Below are positions 48,890 through 57,934 of a DNA stretch of 64,000 nucleotides, piece by piece. The stretch is from a virus (taxonomy: Duplodnaviria; Caudoviricetes): positions 1,747 through 65,746 of IMG/VR virus record IMGVR_UViG_3300021958_011649. One strand, 5' to 3'. Position 1 is the stretch's first letter, and each line of letters starts with the position of its first letter. A program made the position numbers and the translations under genes. Below the pieces are notes generated by a model. It saw only the letters and a list, made by a program, of their open reading frames with translations, had not been told where the DNA came from and made no database searches.

Positions 48890-49435
48890 CTAATATTCAT
48901 ATTCCAAAACATTTCTCAAGCCTTGAGAAAATCTTTCTTCAATTTCACTGTCAAAATACGGATTATCAAAAACTTCATCAGGAATATCAATCATCGGCAA
49001 CATATAATCCTTAATATTTTCTACGATGTCTTCAAAAGAATATCCTTTTTCCATCATTTCTTGAAATGCATGATTTGGTTCTTTAGCAACTACACTATCA
49101 AAATACTCAGCAACAAGATTTGTAATTTCATCAACATGCAAAAGCTTTCTCATAAAACGATTATCATCCGGACCTACTTCAAACTCTAAATCATCTAAAT
49201 AACCTTTAAATGCAATTTTTCTAGGCTCATTATAATAGTGATCTAAGTCACTAGAATAAGAACCTTCATAACCAAATGTATCTGCCATATCATCTGCCAT
49301 GTTTCGATTCATTTCATCATCAGATGTCGCAAGAACTTCAATCTTACCTTCGGGATCATAGTCATAAAGATCGCCACCTGGCTTGATTGTAATTTCTTGA
49401 ATTAATTTTCTTAATTGTCTTCTCGTTATTTTCAT
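48890..49435 (-). CDS. Leader-bearing acidic hypothetical protein
   Basis: MKITRRQLRKLIQE. Confidence 0.75.
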   Translation of the reverse strand: MKITRRQLRKLIQEITIKPGGDLYDYDPEGKIEVLATSDDEMNRNMADDMADTFGYEGSYSSDLDHYYNEPRKIAFKGYLDDLEFEVGPDDNRFMRKLLHVDEITNLVAEYFDSVVAKEPNHAFQEMMEKGYSFEDIVENIKDYMLPMIDIPDEVFDNPYFDSEIEERFSQGLRNVLEYEY

Positions 49436-49437
49436 TT

Positions 49438-50043
49438 CTATTGTTCTCCACTTAAAGAAAAAGAAACAACCACACCATAATCTGTTTCTTCTGTTTCAAC
49501 ACTTAGCCCTAAGTCGGGCCTATCTCTCGACAAACCATCTAAGATACTCTTATATATTCTCGCACGAGTAAATCTAACTCTTCCATCATTACCTAAATTT
49601 GGAACAGGAAAAATAACAAAGTTTCTAATCGAACTCAAATCATCACTTAGTGTCGGCAGTTTATTATCAATAAAATTTTCAACAATTTTAATAACTGAAG
49701 AAAATACTCGCATATCAAACTTATTTGTCTCATGCTCAAAACTTTTAGCACCCTCAACATTAAAATCTATCACCCACTCTCTACTCAAATTCTTAATCTC
49801 AACAATATACCGCAAGCCATCACTTGTTGTAAATGTGTATTTAAAAGATTCAACATTCGAAACAGGTACTTCTTTTTTTCCGACAATTTTTTCATATGAT
49901 CTTTTTAAAAATCCAGACTCTGGAGTCTGTTCAGGCGCAATATCTTCTAGTTCTTCAGAATCATAAGGTTCAGAAGTAAACTTAATCTCATTTAATAAAG
50001 CTAATCTAATTAATTTTCTTATTCTATTTTTTGTTATCTTCAT
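49438..50043 (-). CDS. Leader-bearing hypothetical protein, paralogue of 55313-55867
   Basis: MKITKNRIRKLIRLALLNE; Y.F.T....Y.V..W...F...T..FDM.V...VI.IV..F..N.LP..RAR.Y..IL. Confidence 0.75.
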   Translation of the reverse strand: MKITKNRIRKLIRLALLNEIKFTSEPYDSEELEDIAPEQTPESGFLKRSYEKIVGKKEVPVSNVESFKYTFTTSDGLRYIVEIKNLSREWVIDFNVEGAKSFEHETNKFDMRVFSSVIKIVENFIDNKLPTLSDDLSSIRNFVIFPVPNLGNDGRVRFTRARIYKSILDGLSRDRPDLGLSVETEETDYGVVVSFSLSGEQ

Positions 50044-51002
50044 TATCCAATTCCATACTCACCATCTTTATCAAAAAGTGAGATATCAATTAACTTAAAA
50101 CCTTCACCATTGAGATCTGTCCCTATGTTACCCGGTACTATTTCATTATAATCAAAGAAATAACCAGAGTTTTCCAAAAGTTTAGCTAATCTATTAAACT
50201 TTACAATGTTAATATCTTTTGAAAAAATCTCTCTAAGTTTGCTTAAGACATCTCTTTCAAGAATTTCACTCTTCTGTTCAAAGGTTAAGCCTTTTTCATC
50301 CCATATTTTTAATCCTGCTAATCTTTCAAATAAAGTTCCCGATTGAAGATTGTTTCCCCTAATAGCAGAATGAAACAAAATCTGCAACCATATGTCTTCG
50401 TTGCTTAGATTCATTCTTTTTTTGTCATGTTCAATGATTGCGTCACTAGCATTGCTGTATATTGGAGAAATTTTAAACCACAAGTTTAAAAAGTTATAAG
50501 CGTCTCCAGTTCCCGGAAAGACCTTTTTAATCTGTTCTCCCATTTCTTCCCACGTTGTAATAACATTTGCCTTCTCAATAACCAGCCACCGAGGCAAAGA
50601 CAACCTAGGAGACCCATCTGGTTCTCTCTCATATGCATAAACCTTTGGAAAAAACTCAGGAAAACGATTAAAAAAATCCAACTCATTCTGATTTGAAATC
50701 TCAGATTCTGCAGAATAATCAATACCTGCGTCGGGACTCGGGTCATCCATTCTATTTGATATCTTTAATATCAAATCATTACTACCAGCAATTTCATAAG
50801 CATCACGAAAACTTCCGCCACCAAATCGACGTCCTACATTTGCTTCGAGCCATGGCCTGTTTAAAACTTGCTCACCATTTTGAACAACATATAACATGTC
50901 AGGATTCTCAATTAATGCTGTAATACCTTTTCCAAAATATTTCTTTTCGGGTGCAGAATATTCCAAAATAAGTTTTCTTAACTGTCTTCTTGTAAGCTTC
51001 AT
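50043..51002 (-). CDS. Leader-bearing protein-kinase-like fold protein
   Basis: MKLTRRQLRKLILE; GGGSFRDAY, LILKIS, NQNE, WLVIEKA, EIVPGNIG, KLIDIS. Confidence 0.6.
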   Translation of the reverse strand: MKLTRRQLRKLILEYSAPEKKYFGKGITALIENPDMLYVVQNGEQVLNRPWLEANVGRRFGGGSFRDAYEIAGSNDLILKISNRMDDPSPDAGIDYSAESEISNQNELDFFNRFPEFFPKVYAYEREPDGSPRLSLPRWLVIEKANVITTWEEMGEQIKKVFPGTGDAYNFLNLWFKISPIYSNASDAIIEHDKKRMNLSNEDIWLQILFHSAIRGNNLQSGTLFERLAGLKIWDEKGLTFEQKSEILERDVLSKLREIFSKDINIVKFNRLAKLLENSGYFFDYNEIVPGNIGTDLNGEGFKLIDISLFDKDGEYGIG

Positions 51003-51005
51003 TAC

Positions 51006-51653
51006 TTAAACGCCTACATCCGCAGAGTAATTAAGATTATTATGAATAAAGTGAATAAGCTTTTCCTCTAAAACAAAATCCTGCTCATGTGATAATCGAC
51101 TTATTCTCTTAATAATTTGCTTCAAATCACTTTGTGACATTAAATCTGCACTTTTACCACTGATTGTATGTAATATGAGTCCACCAATCCACTCGGGATT
51201 ATTCACAATTGAATCAGGTAACCTGCCAGGGTTTTCATCACTATAAATAGAATCTTCAACTTCATCAGTTATGTAATCATGAACATAAACTAATAAATTA
51301 ATACCCATAGGATCTGATAATGTTTCAGTCAAAACATTCCACATTTCTAAATCATTGGGATCATTAGAAGAATATAAAAGTCCGATCTCTGGAATAAAAG
51401 CAAGTAATGCGTCTATTATTGCCTTTTTTTGCGTATTTACTAAATCACCCATATAATCGTCGCCTTCATAACCACCTTCATCCTGCAACATACTAGCTAG
51501 TTCATATCCCATGTTCTGATTCTCTTCATCTCCTAAAGCGATCAAAGTGTTTATGTTTTTCTTTTGTTCAGGATCAGAAATATAATCAACAGGATTCTTT
51601 GGAAAAACTGTCGTCTCTATTAATCTTCTCAATTGTCTTCTTGTAACTTTCAT
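51006..51653 (-). CDS. Leader-bearing acidic hypothetical protein
   Basis: MKVTRRQLRRLIE. Confidence 0.75.
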   Translation of the reverse strand: MKVTRRQLRRLIETTVFPKNPVDYISDPEQKKNINTLIALGDEENQNMGYELASMLQDEGGYEGDDYMGDLVNTQKKAIIDALLAFIPEIGLLYSSNDPNDLEMWNVLTETLSDPMGINLLVYVHDYITDEVEDSIYSDENPGRLPDSIVNNPEWIGGLILHTISGKSADLMSQSDLKQIIKRISRLSHEQDFVLEEKLIHFIHNNLNYSADVGV

Positions 51654-52180
51654 TTTAAAACCTCATAAATCTTTTTCATCTGTGTGTCTTCACCAATGTG
51701 AATTCCAGCAAAATCTACACCCATCTCATCAGCAACAACCTTCAAAGATTCAATATTCTCTAATGCATCCTCAAAAACTATCACCAACTCATAATCCCGC
51801 TCACTCAATAACTTCCTCAAAACAGGTGGCTTATTATCCGATCCAGCAGTCGCAAACAACCTCGGCATCTCATCAGACTCATATCCCTGCTTTATGAAAA
51901 ACTTCACCAGACCCGGAATAGCACCAGGTGCACGTGCCGTGATAATTACAACATCCTCACCCTGCCGAATGGCCGCATCAAGGATCTGCATAGTGTGGGG
52001 TATCAATCCACCTGATACTCGATCAAAATCAGAAAAATCTAACTTATCACCCGCCTGATACTTGTAACTCGCAAACGCATGAGAATCTAAAACGCTTTCC
52101 TCACCACCACGAATCAACTTAACAACTGAATCCGATCGAACAATGGTGTCATCGAAATCAAAAACATATAAAACAGACAT
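51650..52180 (-). CDS. HAD-superfamily phosphatase (phage RNA-repair-associated HAD-like)
   Basis: FDFDDT, IITAR, K, FEDALENI. Confidence 0.8.
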   Translation of the reverse strand: MSVLYVFDFDDTIVRSDSVVKLIRGGEESVLDSHAFASYKYQAGDKLDFSDFDRVSGGLIPHTMQILDAAIRQGEDVVIITARAPGAIPGLVKFFIKQGYESDEMPRLFATAGSDNKPPVLRKLLSERDYELVIVFEDALENIESLKVVADEMGVDFAGIHIGEDTQMKKIYEVLK

Positions 52181-52183
52181 GAC

Positions 52184-52206
52184 TATAAATAGGAAAAACT
52201 TTTAAA
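52184..52206. repeat. Intergenic ATAAATAGG plus inverted-repeat element, copy 1 (partial)
   Basis: tataaataggaaaaacttttaaa. Confidence 0.6.
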
Positions 52207-52210
52207 TTTA

Positions 52211-52426
52211 TTAAATCAGTGAATCAAAAACTTGATAAAGATCTTCAACAACTTCTTTTTGAAATTGGCTCCCTTTACCATCTGCAACTATTTTAAACAA
52301 ATCAAAAAACGGTCCAAAATAATCTGCGTCAGGAACTTCGGCTATCATTTCTTTACTGCTTCTTCTAAAAAACTCTGACCATTGATTTGGTTTAAAACCA
52401 TTCGCCTTAAGCCAATATGATATTCT
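52211..52426 (-). other. 71-codon in-frame continuation of the 52427-54160 ORF beyond its TAA
   Basis: After EMFVRV-TAA the frame reads RISYWLKANGF...DLYQVFDSLI then TAA TAA, filling the apparent intergenic gap. Confidence 0.75.
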
Positions 52427-54160
52427 TTAAACTCTAACAAACATCTCAGCAGGCATTGAAACATAAGCTATTTCATCAGCATTCATCTTTCCAACTCTAG
52501 CTAGATAATACTGCCAGTTTGTTAAACCATCTAAGTTTCTTGAACCACCACTAATAATCTTCTCAATGTCTGACTTTCTATAAACATATTCACCTAACTC
52601 ATCGCCAGACCTTCCAACAAGCTTTCCAGAATCTGATAAAAGATCAGATGCCATTCGAATGTTCTTAGCATCGATTAGTTCTTTTGCGACGTTATCACCA
52701 CCTACAAGAACAGTTAACATTAATTTATCAATAGCGTGTACAATTTCATGCTCCATTGTTTCTTGAATATTTTTTTCCAAACCTTCTTTTGCAAATTGTG
52801 CATAATTTATAAAAACTGTTGGAGGATCTGTGTGTCTCATCATTCCTCTTGTTGCTTTACCCATCCCTTCAGCTGCTGCAGACTCTGCATCTGTTATAAT
52901 TTTAACTTTAATTTTTGACATTTTTTGAAGTAATGCATCTGTTAATATTTCTATATCCCTAGGTTGAACAGCTTTTCTATTTGATTCTAAAACTCCAGAA
53001 TAATATTTCTTAAACAACTCTTGTGGGTTTGAATTTCCCATCACCTCAGACATTTTAATAAACTCTGTTCTAAATTCTTTAAAACTTTTAAAAACAATAT
53101 CTTTCCCAGCTTCTGGATGCTTAAAGACTTTACCAACCAAGTCTTGCGGTCTTGCGTATTGCTTTGGAAGCTTTTCAGCTAACTCTTTTGACCATCTTAA
53201 GCAAACATTTCTTAACTGTCCAGTTGTAACTTCTTGAATAACCTTTGCAGAAGTTCTCTTCACAACAGCTTTTCCAAAATCATCAATTTCACTGTCAACT
53301 GCTTTACCAACAACTGTCATGTTTTCTACAATTTCATCAACGTATTTTTTTGTCTCTCCAAGCCTAGCAATAATTGTTTTCGCTTCTACATCTGTCAATG
53401 CTGATATTTGAGCAATTCTATCTTTTGAAGTAAGCTTGCTCCAGGAATTAGCAAACCATTGCTTGATTTCACTCATTTGAGTCCTGCTTAAAACACGACC
53501 TCTATCTTCAAGTGCCTGCTTTAAAGACTTTGCTACTCCTTTTGCGCCTTCTTTTCCTGCCTTCTTTACAGCTGCTCGAGCAAAAGCAGCACCAATACCA
53601 ATAGCGGGAACAGCGCAAATAAAACTAAAGGCTGCTATTAAATAATCAGGAGGATCCTTAATAGCAGCTACAACACCTGCACCTATATCAGCTGCATTTC
53701 CAATTCCCGGGATAGCTCCTAAAATACCACCAATCTCCACAGTCCAATCAGCAGCTGAAGCTTTACCAGTATCAAGCTTAACTGAAGAAAACTTAATACC
53801 TTTTGTCTGAACGGGAACTGCATAACTACTTTTCTTGTCAAACTTCAAAGCCTTTTGATTAAATTTATTTCCATGATTACTTAGACTATGCGAAGAGTTA
53901 ACAGCTAATAATTTTGCACCTTTCTTTATCAAGAATTGATGATCACTCTTGTTCGCTAAAATCATTACACTTTCTTTTCCCTGGTAATTAAAATAACCAT
54001 AAGCAATAAATTTTTTATCATCAATAGATACCGATTCTAAGCTATCAACCTTCGATGATAAAAAATCTTCTTTTAATAACTCTAATTCTTCAATCAAGAC
54101 TGATCTAACCAAACTCCTAATCTTACTTTCACTTAAAATCACAACATCAAACCTTGTCAT
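52427..54160 (-). CDS. Leader-bearing toxin-like protein: hydrophobic pre-toxin-TG-like segment plus zincin motif
   Basis: ILSESKIRSLVRSVLIEE (GTG start at 54142 likely); GAIPGIGNAAD..A..AA...DY..AAFS..CAVP.IG; EHEIVH ... PAEMFVR. Confidence 0.65.
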   Translation of the reverse strand: MTRFDVVILSESKIRSLVRSVLIEELELLKEDFLSSKVDSLESVSIDDKKFIAYGYFNYQGKESVMILANKSDHQFLIKKGAKLLAVNSSHSLSNHGNKFNQKALKFDKKSSYAVPVQTKGIKFSSVKLDTGKASAADWTVEIGGILGAIPGIGNAADIGAGVVAAIKDPPDYLIAAFSFICAVPAIGIGAAFARAAVKKAGKEGAKGVAKSLKQALEDRGRVLSRTQMSEIKQWFANSWSKLTSKDRIAQISALTDVEAKTIIARLGETKKYVDEIVENMTVVGKAVDSEIDDFGKAVVKRTSAKVIQEVTTGQLRNVCLRWSKELAEKLPKQYARPQDLVGKVFKHPEAGKDIVFKSFKEFRTEFIKMSEVMGNSNPQELFKKYYSGVLESNRKAVQPRDIEILTDALLQKMSKIKVKIITDAESAAAEGMGKATRGMMRHTDPPTVFINYAQFAKEGLEKNIQETMEHEIVHAIDKLMLTVLVGGDNVAKELIDAKNIRMASDLLSDSGKLVGRSGDELGEYVYRKSDIEKIISGGSRNLDGLTNWQYYLARVGKMNADEIAYVSMPAEMFVRV

Positions 54161-54173
54161 CTTTATTTCATGA

Positions 54174-54214
54174 ATAAATAGGAAAAACTTTTAAAAAGTT
54201 TCAGGAAATTTTTC
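54174..54214. repeat. Intergenic ATAAATAGG plus inverted-repeat element, copy 2
   Basis: ataaataggaaaaacttttaaaaagtttcaggaaatttttc. Confidence 0.7.
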
Positions 54215-55247
54215 ATTCCTCTTTTTTACTTTGCGCATCCAACACTTTCAAAAACGCAACCAAATCAGACACTTGCTCATCATTAAACTCTCGACCCAAC
54301 TGCAACCTTCCCATCAATCGCACAGCCTCTTCCAATGTCTCAACACGACCATCATGAAACCAAGGTCCAGTCAAGCCAACATTTCTCAAACTCGGAACCT
54401 TAAAAACCTCCTGATCGCTCACCTGCCCAGTCACACCATAACGTCCCAAATCTACATGTGTCTCATCACCATCCGGACGATAAGGCGCAACAACTCCTAA
54501 CTTCTGAAAACTACGACCACCAAAAAGCGGACCAGAATGACAACCTACACATCCATAACTAACAAAACTATCTAACCCTCTTGCCTCTTGCTCACTCAAA
54601 ACATCATCACCACGCATCCAATCATCAAAACGATCAGAGGTCACCAACGTGCTCTCATATAAAGCAATAGCATCAGCAACGTTGTTAAAAGTCAAACCAT
54701 CTTCATATAACTTTCCAAAAGCAATCTCATAACGCTTATCAAGACTCAAAACTTTAACAACAGCAGATTCACTCGGCATTCCCATCTCACCTGCAGCCAA
54801 AATCGGACCCTTCGCTTGCTCAGCCAAATCAGGAGCTCGACCATCCCAAAACTGAGCCACATGTGACCAAGAATTAAATGTGCTCGGAGAATTACGCTCA
54901 ACTTCTCTACCTAACGCCCCCTTCGACACACGCAAACCATCAACACCCCAATTTTCAACAGGATGACATGATGCGCAGGACTGCGTCTGATTAACAGAAA
55001 GACGTTTGTCATGATACAGTTGGTTTCCTAATGAAACCTTTTCTAAAGTTGCGTCATTGCTGTCTAGCGATGCAACAGGATTAAATCCGAATAGACTCTT
55101 AGATAAATCACGTGCTTCCTGTTGTGATTCAGATAAATGCTGCTGCTCAAGTGCCTGCATCTCAGCAAGTTCTTGTGCAGCTTGTTGTTCAAGTTGCTCA
55201 CTATTATCACTCAAAGAAGAACAAGCAAATAAAATAGAAAATAACAT
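54213..55247 (-). CDS. ccp: Di-haem cytochrome c peroxidase (CcpA/MauG family), lipoprotein
   Basis: Two CxxCH (CASCH, CVGCH), RNSPS, QFWDGRA..L.EQA.GP, FKVPSLRNV, PWFHDG; lipobox LFAC. ATG after GAGG at 55247. Confidence 0.92.
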   Translation of the reverse strand: MLFSILFACSSLSDNSEQLEQQAAQELAEMQALEQQHLSESQQEARDLSKSLFGFNPVASLDSNDATLEKVSLGNQLYHDKRLSVNQTQSCASCHPVENWGVDGLRVSKGALGREVERNSPSTFNSWSHVAQFWDGRAPDLAEQAKGPILAAGEMGMPSESAVVKVLSLDKRYEIAFGKLYEDGLTFNNVADAIALYESTLVTSDRFDDWMRGDDVLSEQEARGLDSFVSYGCVGCHSGPLFGGRSFQKLGVVAPYRPDGDETHVDLGRYGVTGQVSDQEVFKVPSLRNVGLTGPWFHDGRVETLEEAVRLMGRLQLGREFNDEQVSDLVAFLKVLDAQSKKEE

Positions 55248-55312
55248 GTGTATGACCTCGACTAAATATAAATCATACACTAATTCTATGATATTTTTAG
55301 GATGTTTTTTAC

Positions 55313-55867
55313 TTAAATAGTAAAACTTAAAGAGAAGTGTTCAGGTCCGTCTGATTTAATTTCAGCATCAATACCATAATTCTTTAAAATTCTCTGATAC
55401 ACCCTTGCGCGTCTAGCATCACCCTCAAAACCACTCACAGGGGTAATCTTAAAACTACGCTGACTTCTTGCTGACTCATTCTTCAAATGGGGCAACCGGT
55501 TTTCAACAAAATCACGAACAATAGCTATTACTGTACCATAAACCTTCATGTCAAAAGCACCAGTTAACTCGTCATAGCTACCATCAACTAAACGAAACAT
55601 AACATCCCAAGGTCGATGTTCTTTTTCAACTTTTTCACCCGTCTCTTCATCAACCACAAGTTCAGTTACCTTAGCAGCGTTATTAACACTAACCATGTAT
55701 TGCTCATCAGAATCTGTCTTAAAAGCATAACTTAACACTGCAAAAGGTACACCTGGGTTATCAATCTGGGCACCCATAAATCTAAAAGAATAAGGGTCAG
55801 ACTCAAACAACTCAAGAAGCAATGCTTCTCTTATGAGTTGTCTTAAGCGTGCTTGACTAAACTTCAT
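55313..55867 (-). CDS. Leader-bearing hypothetical protein, paralogue of 49438-50043
   Basis: MKFSQARLRQLIREALLLE; TGAFDMKVYGTVIAIV, RRARVYQRIL. Confidence 0.75.
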   Translation of the reverse strand: MKFSQARLRQLIREALLLELFESDPYSFRFMGAQIDNPGVPFAVLSYAFKTDSDEQYMVSVNNAAKVTELVVDEETGEKVEKEHRPWDVMFRLVDGSYDELTGAFDMKVYGTVIAIVRDFVENRLPHLKNESARSQRSFKITPVSGFEGDARRARVYQRILKNYGIDAEIKSDGPEHFSLSFTI

Positions 55868-56319
55868 TAAAGAAGTCCTTCGTCCCTTAGTCTCTGAATC
55901 TCATCAGCTATGTTCTTAAGTGCCATCGGGTATTTCTTGTCAAGTTCAATCAATCCCTTCTGAATAGCTGCAGAATATTCACGATCTGTTGCTTCTAATT
56001 CTTCTTGAGTATCAGCATCAAGATACTGTCTAATCGGATCCAAAACCATGGGAATCATCTTTGTCGATTTATATGTTCCATAATCAACCTCATAATCAGG
56101 ATAAATTTCCAAATGATCTGGTCTTAAATTAAAATTTTTGTCGTGATAAAGCAAATCAGTCCAAACATCCTCTCTAGACATTTTTTGATGCTGATCAGCT
56201 AAGTAACGCAAGATAAAACCAACATTCCAACGCTCAGGGCCTGAACCAGCTGAATCCAAAAACTCTTTTAAAACAGTCTCACGAATTAACGCGCGCAATT
56301 TACTTCTATTCAATTTCAT
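55867..56319 (-). CDS. Leader-bearing hypothetical protein
   Basis: Start reset to MKLNRSKLRALIRETVLKE after GGAG. Confidence 0.75.
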   Translation of the reverse strand: MKLNRSKLRALIRETVLKEFLDSAGSGPERWNVGFILRYLADQHQKMSREDVWTDLLYHDKNFNLRPDHLEIYPDYEVDYGTYKSTKMIPMVLDPIRQYLDADTQEELEATDREYSAAIQKGLIELDKKYPMALKNIADEIQRLRDEGLL

Positions 56320-56344
56320 AATCAACTCCAAACAAATTATAAAC

Positions 56345-56386
56345 ATAAATAGGGAAAGTTTTCAAAAGTTTCCGGAAAATTTTTGG
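56345..56386. repeat. Intergenic ATAAATAGG plus inverted-repeat element, copy 3
   Basis: ataaatagggaaagttttcaaaagtttccggaaaatttttgg. Confidence 0.7.
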
Positions 56387-56389
56387 CAC

Positions 56390-56419
56390 AAAAAACAAAC
56401 GCCGGGGTTTCTCCCGGCG
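56390..56419 (-). terminator. Intrinsic terminator
   Basis: Minus strand CGCCGGG-AGAAAC-CCCGGCG then TTTGTTTTTT. Confidence 0.75.
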
Positions 56420-56505
56420 CGAATTTTACTTTTTTCTTTTCAATTTTTAAAGATGACGAGCAGTACGAGCGCCCACGCTCCTCCTGCCCGCCTCTCACAC
56501 AATCC

Positions 56506-57249
56506 CTACCCCCGCGATGACCAATACGCGTCATTATTCGGATTACACTGATTCGCATGATTATCTAACTCAGCCTGTGAATACCCATCATTACCTCCTG
56601 ACCCTCCTCCACTAGAATAATCATCATCATCATAATCATAACCCCAATCGTCATCCTCGTAAGCGCCACTAGGTAAAATACCCTGCTTCTCACGCTTACG
56701 ATCATCATGAGCTAAACGATTTCGAATAGCCTCCATCATCATACCAGCCCAAATCGTGTATAACTTGTCACCCACAATCCAATACTCCATATAACTCCTG
56801 TCACCATTCTCACTCACATCATGAAAATTGCGCGCATTAGCATACCCAGGAACATCTAAATACAAAACATCATCCGCAGGATCTACACCCGCATGATAAG
56901 GCTTCACACCCGTAAACCACTTCCGAAACTTAACACGCTTACCATAAAGATTATTACCAATATAATAAGGTGAAACTCCAGAATCAAATCGAGGTGTCTT
57001 TAAAAATCGCTCGCCATAAACGCCATCATTATGCGCTGCAATCTCGTTGTGATGCGCCTCAATGTTTTGAATCAAGTCTTCAACGGATTCCCAACCTAAA
57101 TCATCAACTCGGGAAACAGCAACAAACGTGTTGTAATACTCGGAACTAAAGGCTACTTTCCCAGGCAATATCAAAACCCTCCACCAAAGCTCAATATCTT
57201 GAGCACTGAGAGGTGCACCGGTTTCTAATTTCTTTTCTAATGCCATCAT
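56506..57249 (-). CDS. Hypothetical protein ending in an NPNNDAYWSSRG motif
   Basis: 247-aa ORF with acidic/Gly linker and DNHANQCNPNNDAYWSSRG terminus. Confidence 0.7.
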   Translation of the reverse strand: MMALEKKLETGAPLSAQDIELWWRVLILPGKVAFSSEYYNTFVAVSRVDDLGWESVEDLIQNIEAHHNEIAAHNDGVYGERFLKTPRFDSGVSPYYIGNNLYGKRVKFRKWFTGVKPYHAGVDPADDVLYLDVPGYANARNFHDVSENGDRSYMEYWIVGDKLYTIWAGMMMEAIRNRLAHDDRKREKQGILPSGAYEDDDWGYDYDDDDYSSGGGSGGNDGYSQAELDNHANQCNPNNDAYWSSRG

Positions 57250-57251
57250 GT

Positions 57252-57725
57252 CTAAACTCCTGTCTCAATATGGCTAAAATGGGATTCAAGTATCTTGTCA
57301 ATCTCGATTTGCGCATTACTACGCGGATCTGTCAAACCGCTCACTACATCATACATGTACATGCGTAGATCAGGGGTCAACGCGCTATCAAGCATGGGAT
57401 TGGAAAGCTGCCCTCTTTCGATAGCATATGTTGTTTTCACAAAACAACTTCCACCGTGCTTTTCATGAATTGAAAGAATCTTTTCTGTGTCGTTTGCATA
57501 GGAAGCCAACGTCCACTCATTCAAAGCTCTCATGTTAACCATTGAATAAGCGGGATTCTGACCCCAGTAAACACGCAAGACACGTTGCGCGGCTTTGTCG
57601 CGGCGATGAAACTTCTCCATCTTAACGGCTAAACCCCATCGCCAATTAATACGATTTAGACTTGCGTCATAAAATAAAGCGGTGACCAAGTCACCGGGTT
57701 GGAACTCATAAACTTTTTTGACCAT
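57252..57725 (-). CDS. Hypothetical protein
   Basis: AAGGAGG SD; FQPGDLV start. Confidence 0.75.
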   Translation of the reverse strand: MVKKVYEFQPGDLVTALFYDASLNRINWRWGLAVKMEKFHRRDKAAQRVLRVYWGQNPAYSMVNMRALNEWTLASYANDTEKILSIHEKHGGSCFVKTTYAIERGQLSNPMLDSALTPDLRMYMYDVVSGLTDPRSNAQIEIDKILESHFSHIETGV

Positions 57726-57774
57726 CTCGGTCCTCCTTTCATAAAGTTTGATTTGTTTGTTATGTTATGTCCTT

Positions 57775-57818
57775 ACCTTTATCTTTATCTTTATCATTAT
57801 TATTATCTTTATCTTTAT
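57775..57818. repeat. (TTTATC)n-rich low-complexity tract in a 5' leader
   Basis: ctttatctttatctttatcattattattatctttatctttat. Confidence 0.6.
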
Positions 57819-57844
57819 TTGTTGTTATTGCTAACAACTATTAT

Positions 57845-57875
57845 AGTATACACTAGTGGGCGCAAGTTTGCACGC
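57845..57875 (-). promoter_or_regulatory. Repeated promoter, variant copy 1
   Basis: GCGTGCAAA-N16-TATACT, same spacing as the other copies. Confidence 0.55.
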
Positions 57876-57890
57876 CCAACAAGCACACAC

Positions 57891-57912
57891 AAAAAAAGCG
57901 CCGAACCGGCGC
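57891..57912 (-). terminator. Intrinsic terminator
   Basis: GCGCCG-GTT-CGGCGC then T7 on the minus strand. Confidence 0.75.
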
Positions 57913-57934
57913 GAATTTTTTGCTTTTTTAAAAA

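Noticed and set aside
52184-52191. Perfect T4 late promoter TATAAATA on the + strand
   Set aside because: No + strand gene follows it; the adjacent gene starts on the minus strand, where the motif reads TATTTATA like the other copies
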